Part shown: piece after piece, positions 7,010 through 7,237 of the stretch
Layout of the letters: each line of letters starts with the position of its first letter
How positions within the stretch are numbered: the first letter of the stretch is position 1
Assembly (NCBI GenBank): GCA_963693365.1
Contig: CAVNZM010000113.1
Location: 1-7,237 of the forward strand
Direction: 5' to 3'
DNA: 7,237 nt
Origin: Amoebidium appalachense
Taxonomy: Eukaryota > Protista > Ichthyosporea
The notes under the pieces: model-generated
Databases searched by the model: none
Told to the model about the DNA's origin: nothing
What the model saw: only the letters and a program-made list of their open reading frames with translations
Translations under genes and position numbers: made by a program

Positions 7010-7237
7010 AATAGAAGAAGAGAGGCGAGGAGAGATAACTAGACCACCCCCAACTATGGTAGATTCTACACCTCCCTACCCTACATGCCTAGACTAGAAG
7101 TAGAGGAGAGGGGGCGAGTAGAAATAACTAGACCACCCCCAACTATGTAGAATCTACACCTCCCTACCCTATGAGCGTAGTAAAGAAGAAGGGAGGAGGG
7201 GGCGAGATGAAATAACTAGACTGGGCCCCCCGATGAA
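7010..7237. repeat. ~88-89-bp tandem repeat, truncated by the window end
   Basis: ATAACTAGAC at 7035, 7124 and 7212. The first two copies share CACCCCCAACTATG(G)TAGA(T/A)TCTACACCTCCCTACCCTA, and each copy is preceded by a purine tract containing GGCGAG. Confidence 0.8.

Noticed and set aside
6915-7097. 60-aa ORF
   Set aside because: It is a low-complexity translation of pyrimidine/purine tracts overlapping the 88-bp repeat.
7035-7171. GTAGA-TCTAC hairpin as a Cas12a-type direct repeat
   Set aside because: The arm order and loop differ from TCTAC-N4/5-GTAGA, only two full copies are visible, and the intervening parts are partly alignable.

Overview
This window looks eukaryotic/organellar rather than bacterial, and it is a mosaic. 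From left to right: (1) a short fragment resembling a piggyBac/IS4-type transposase (2-277). (2) A mitochondrial-type SSU rRNA gene (rns, ~400-2047, + strand, canonical 5' end not visible), interrupted by an ORF-less 266-nt group I intron (1634-1899) at the E. coli-equivalent decoding-site position 1403/1404. (3) A hairpin- and repeat-rich spacer that holds a colinear but rebuilt partial second copy of the rns central domain and two arrays of a 35-bp repeat. (4) A stop-interrupted minus-strand reading frame running out of a 33-bp minisatellite (3985-4405). (5) A ~214-230-bp satellite organised as a ~660-bp three-monomer higher-order repeat (4513-6540), which collapses into short C-tract units and is followed by an ~88-bp repeat running off the window. 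The rRNA signatures suggest a fungal-like or protist mitochondrion, but the taxon cannot be fixed by eye. Whether this is true mtDNA, a NUMT or a chimeric assembly is unresolved. No CRISPR array, tRNA or intact recognisable protein gene was found.
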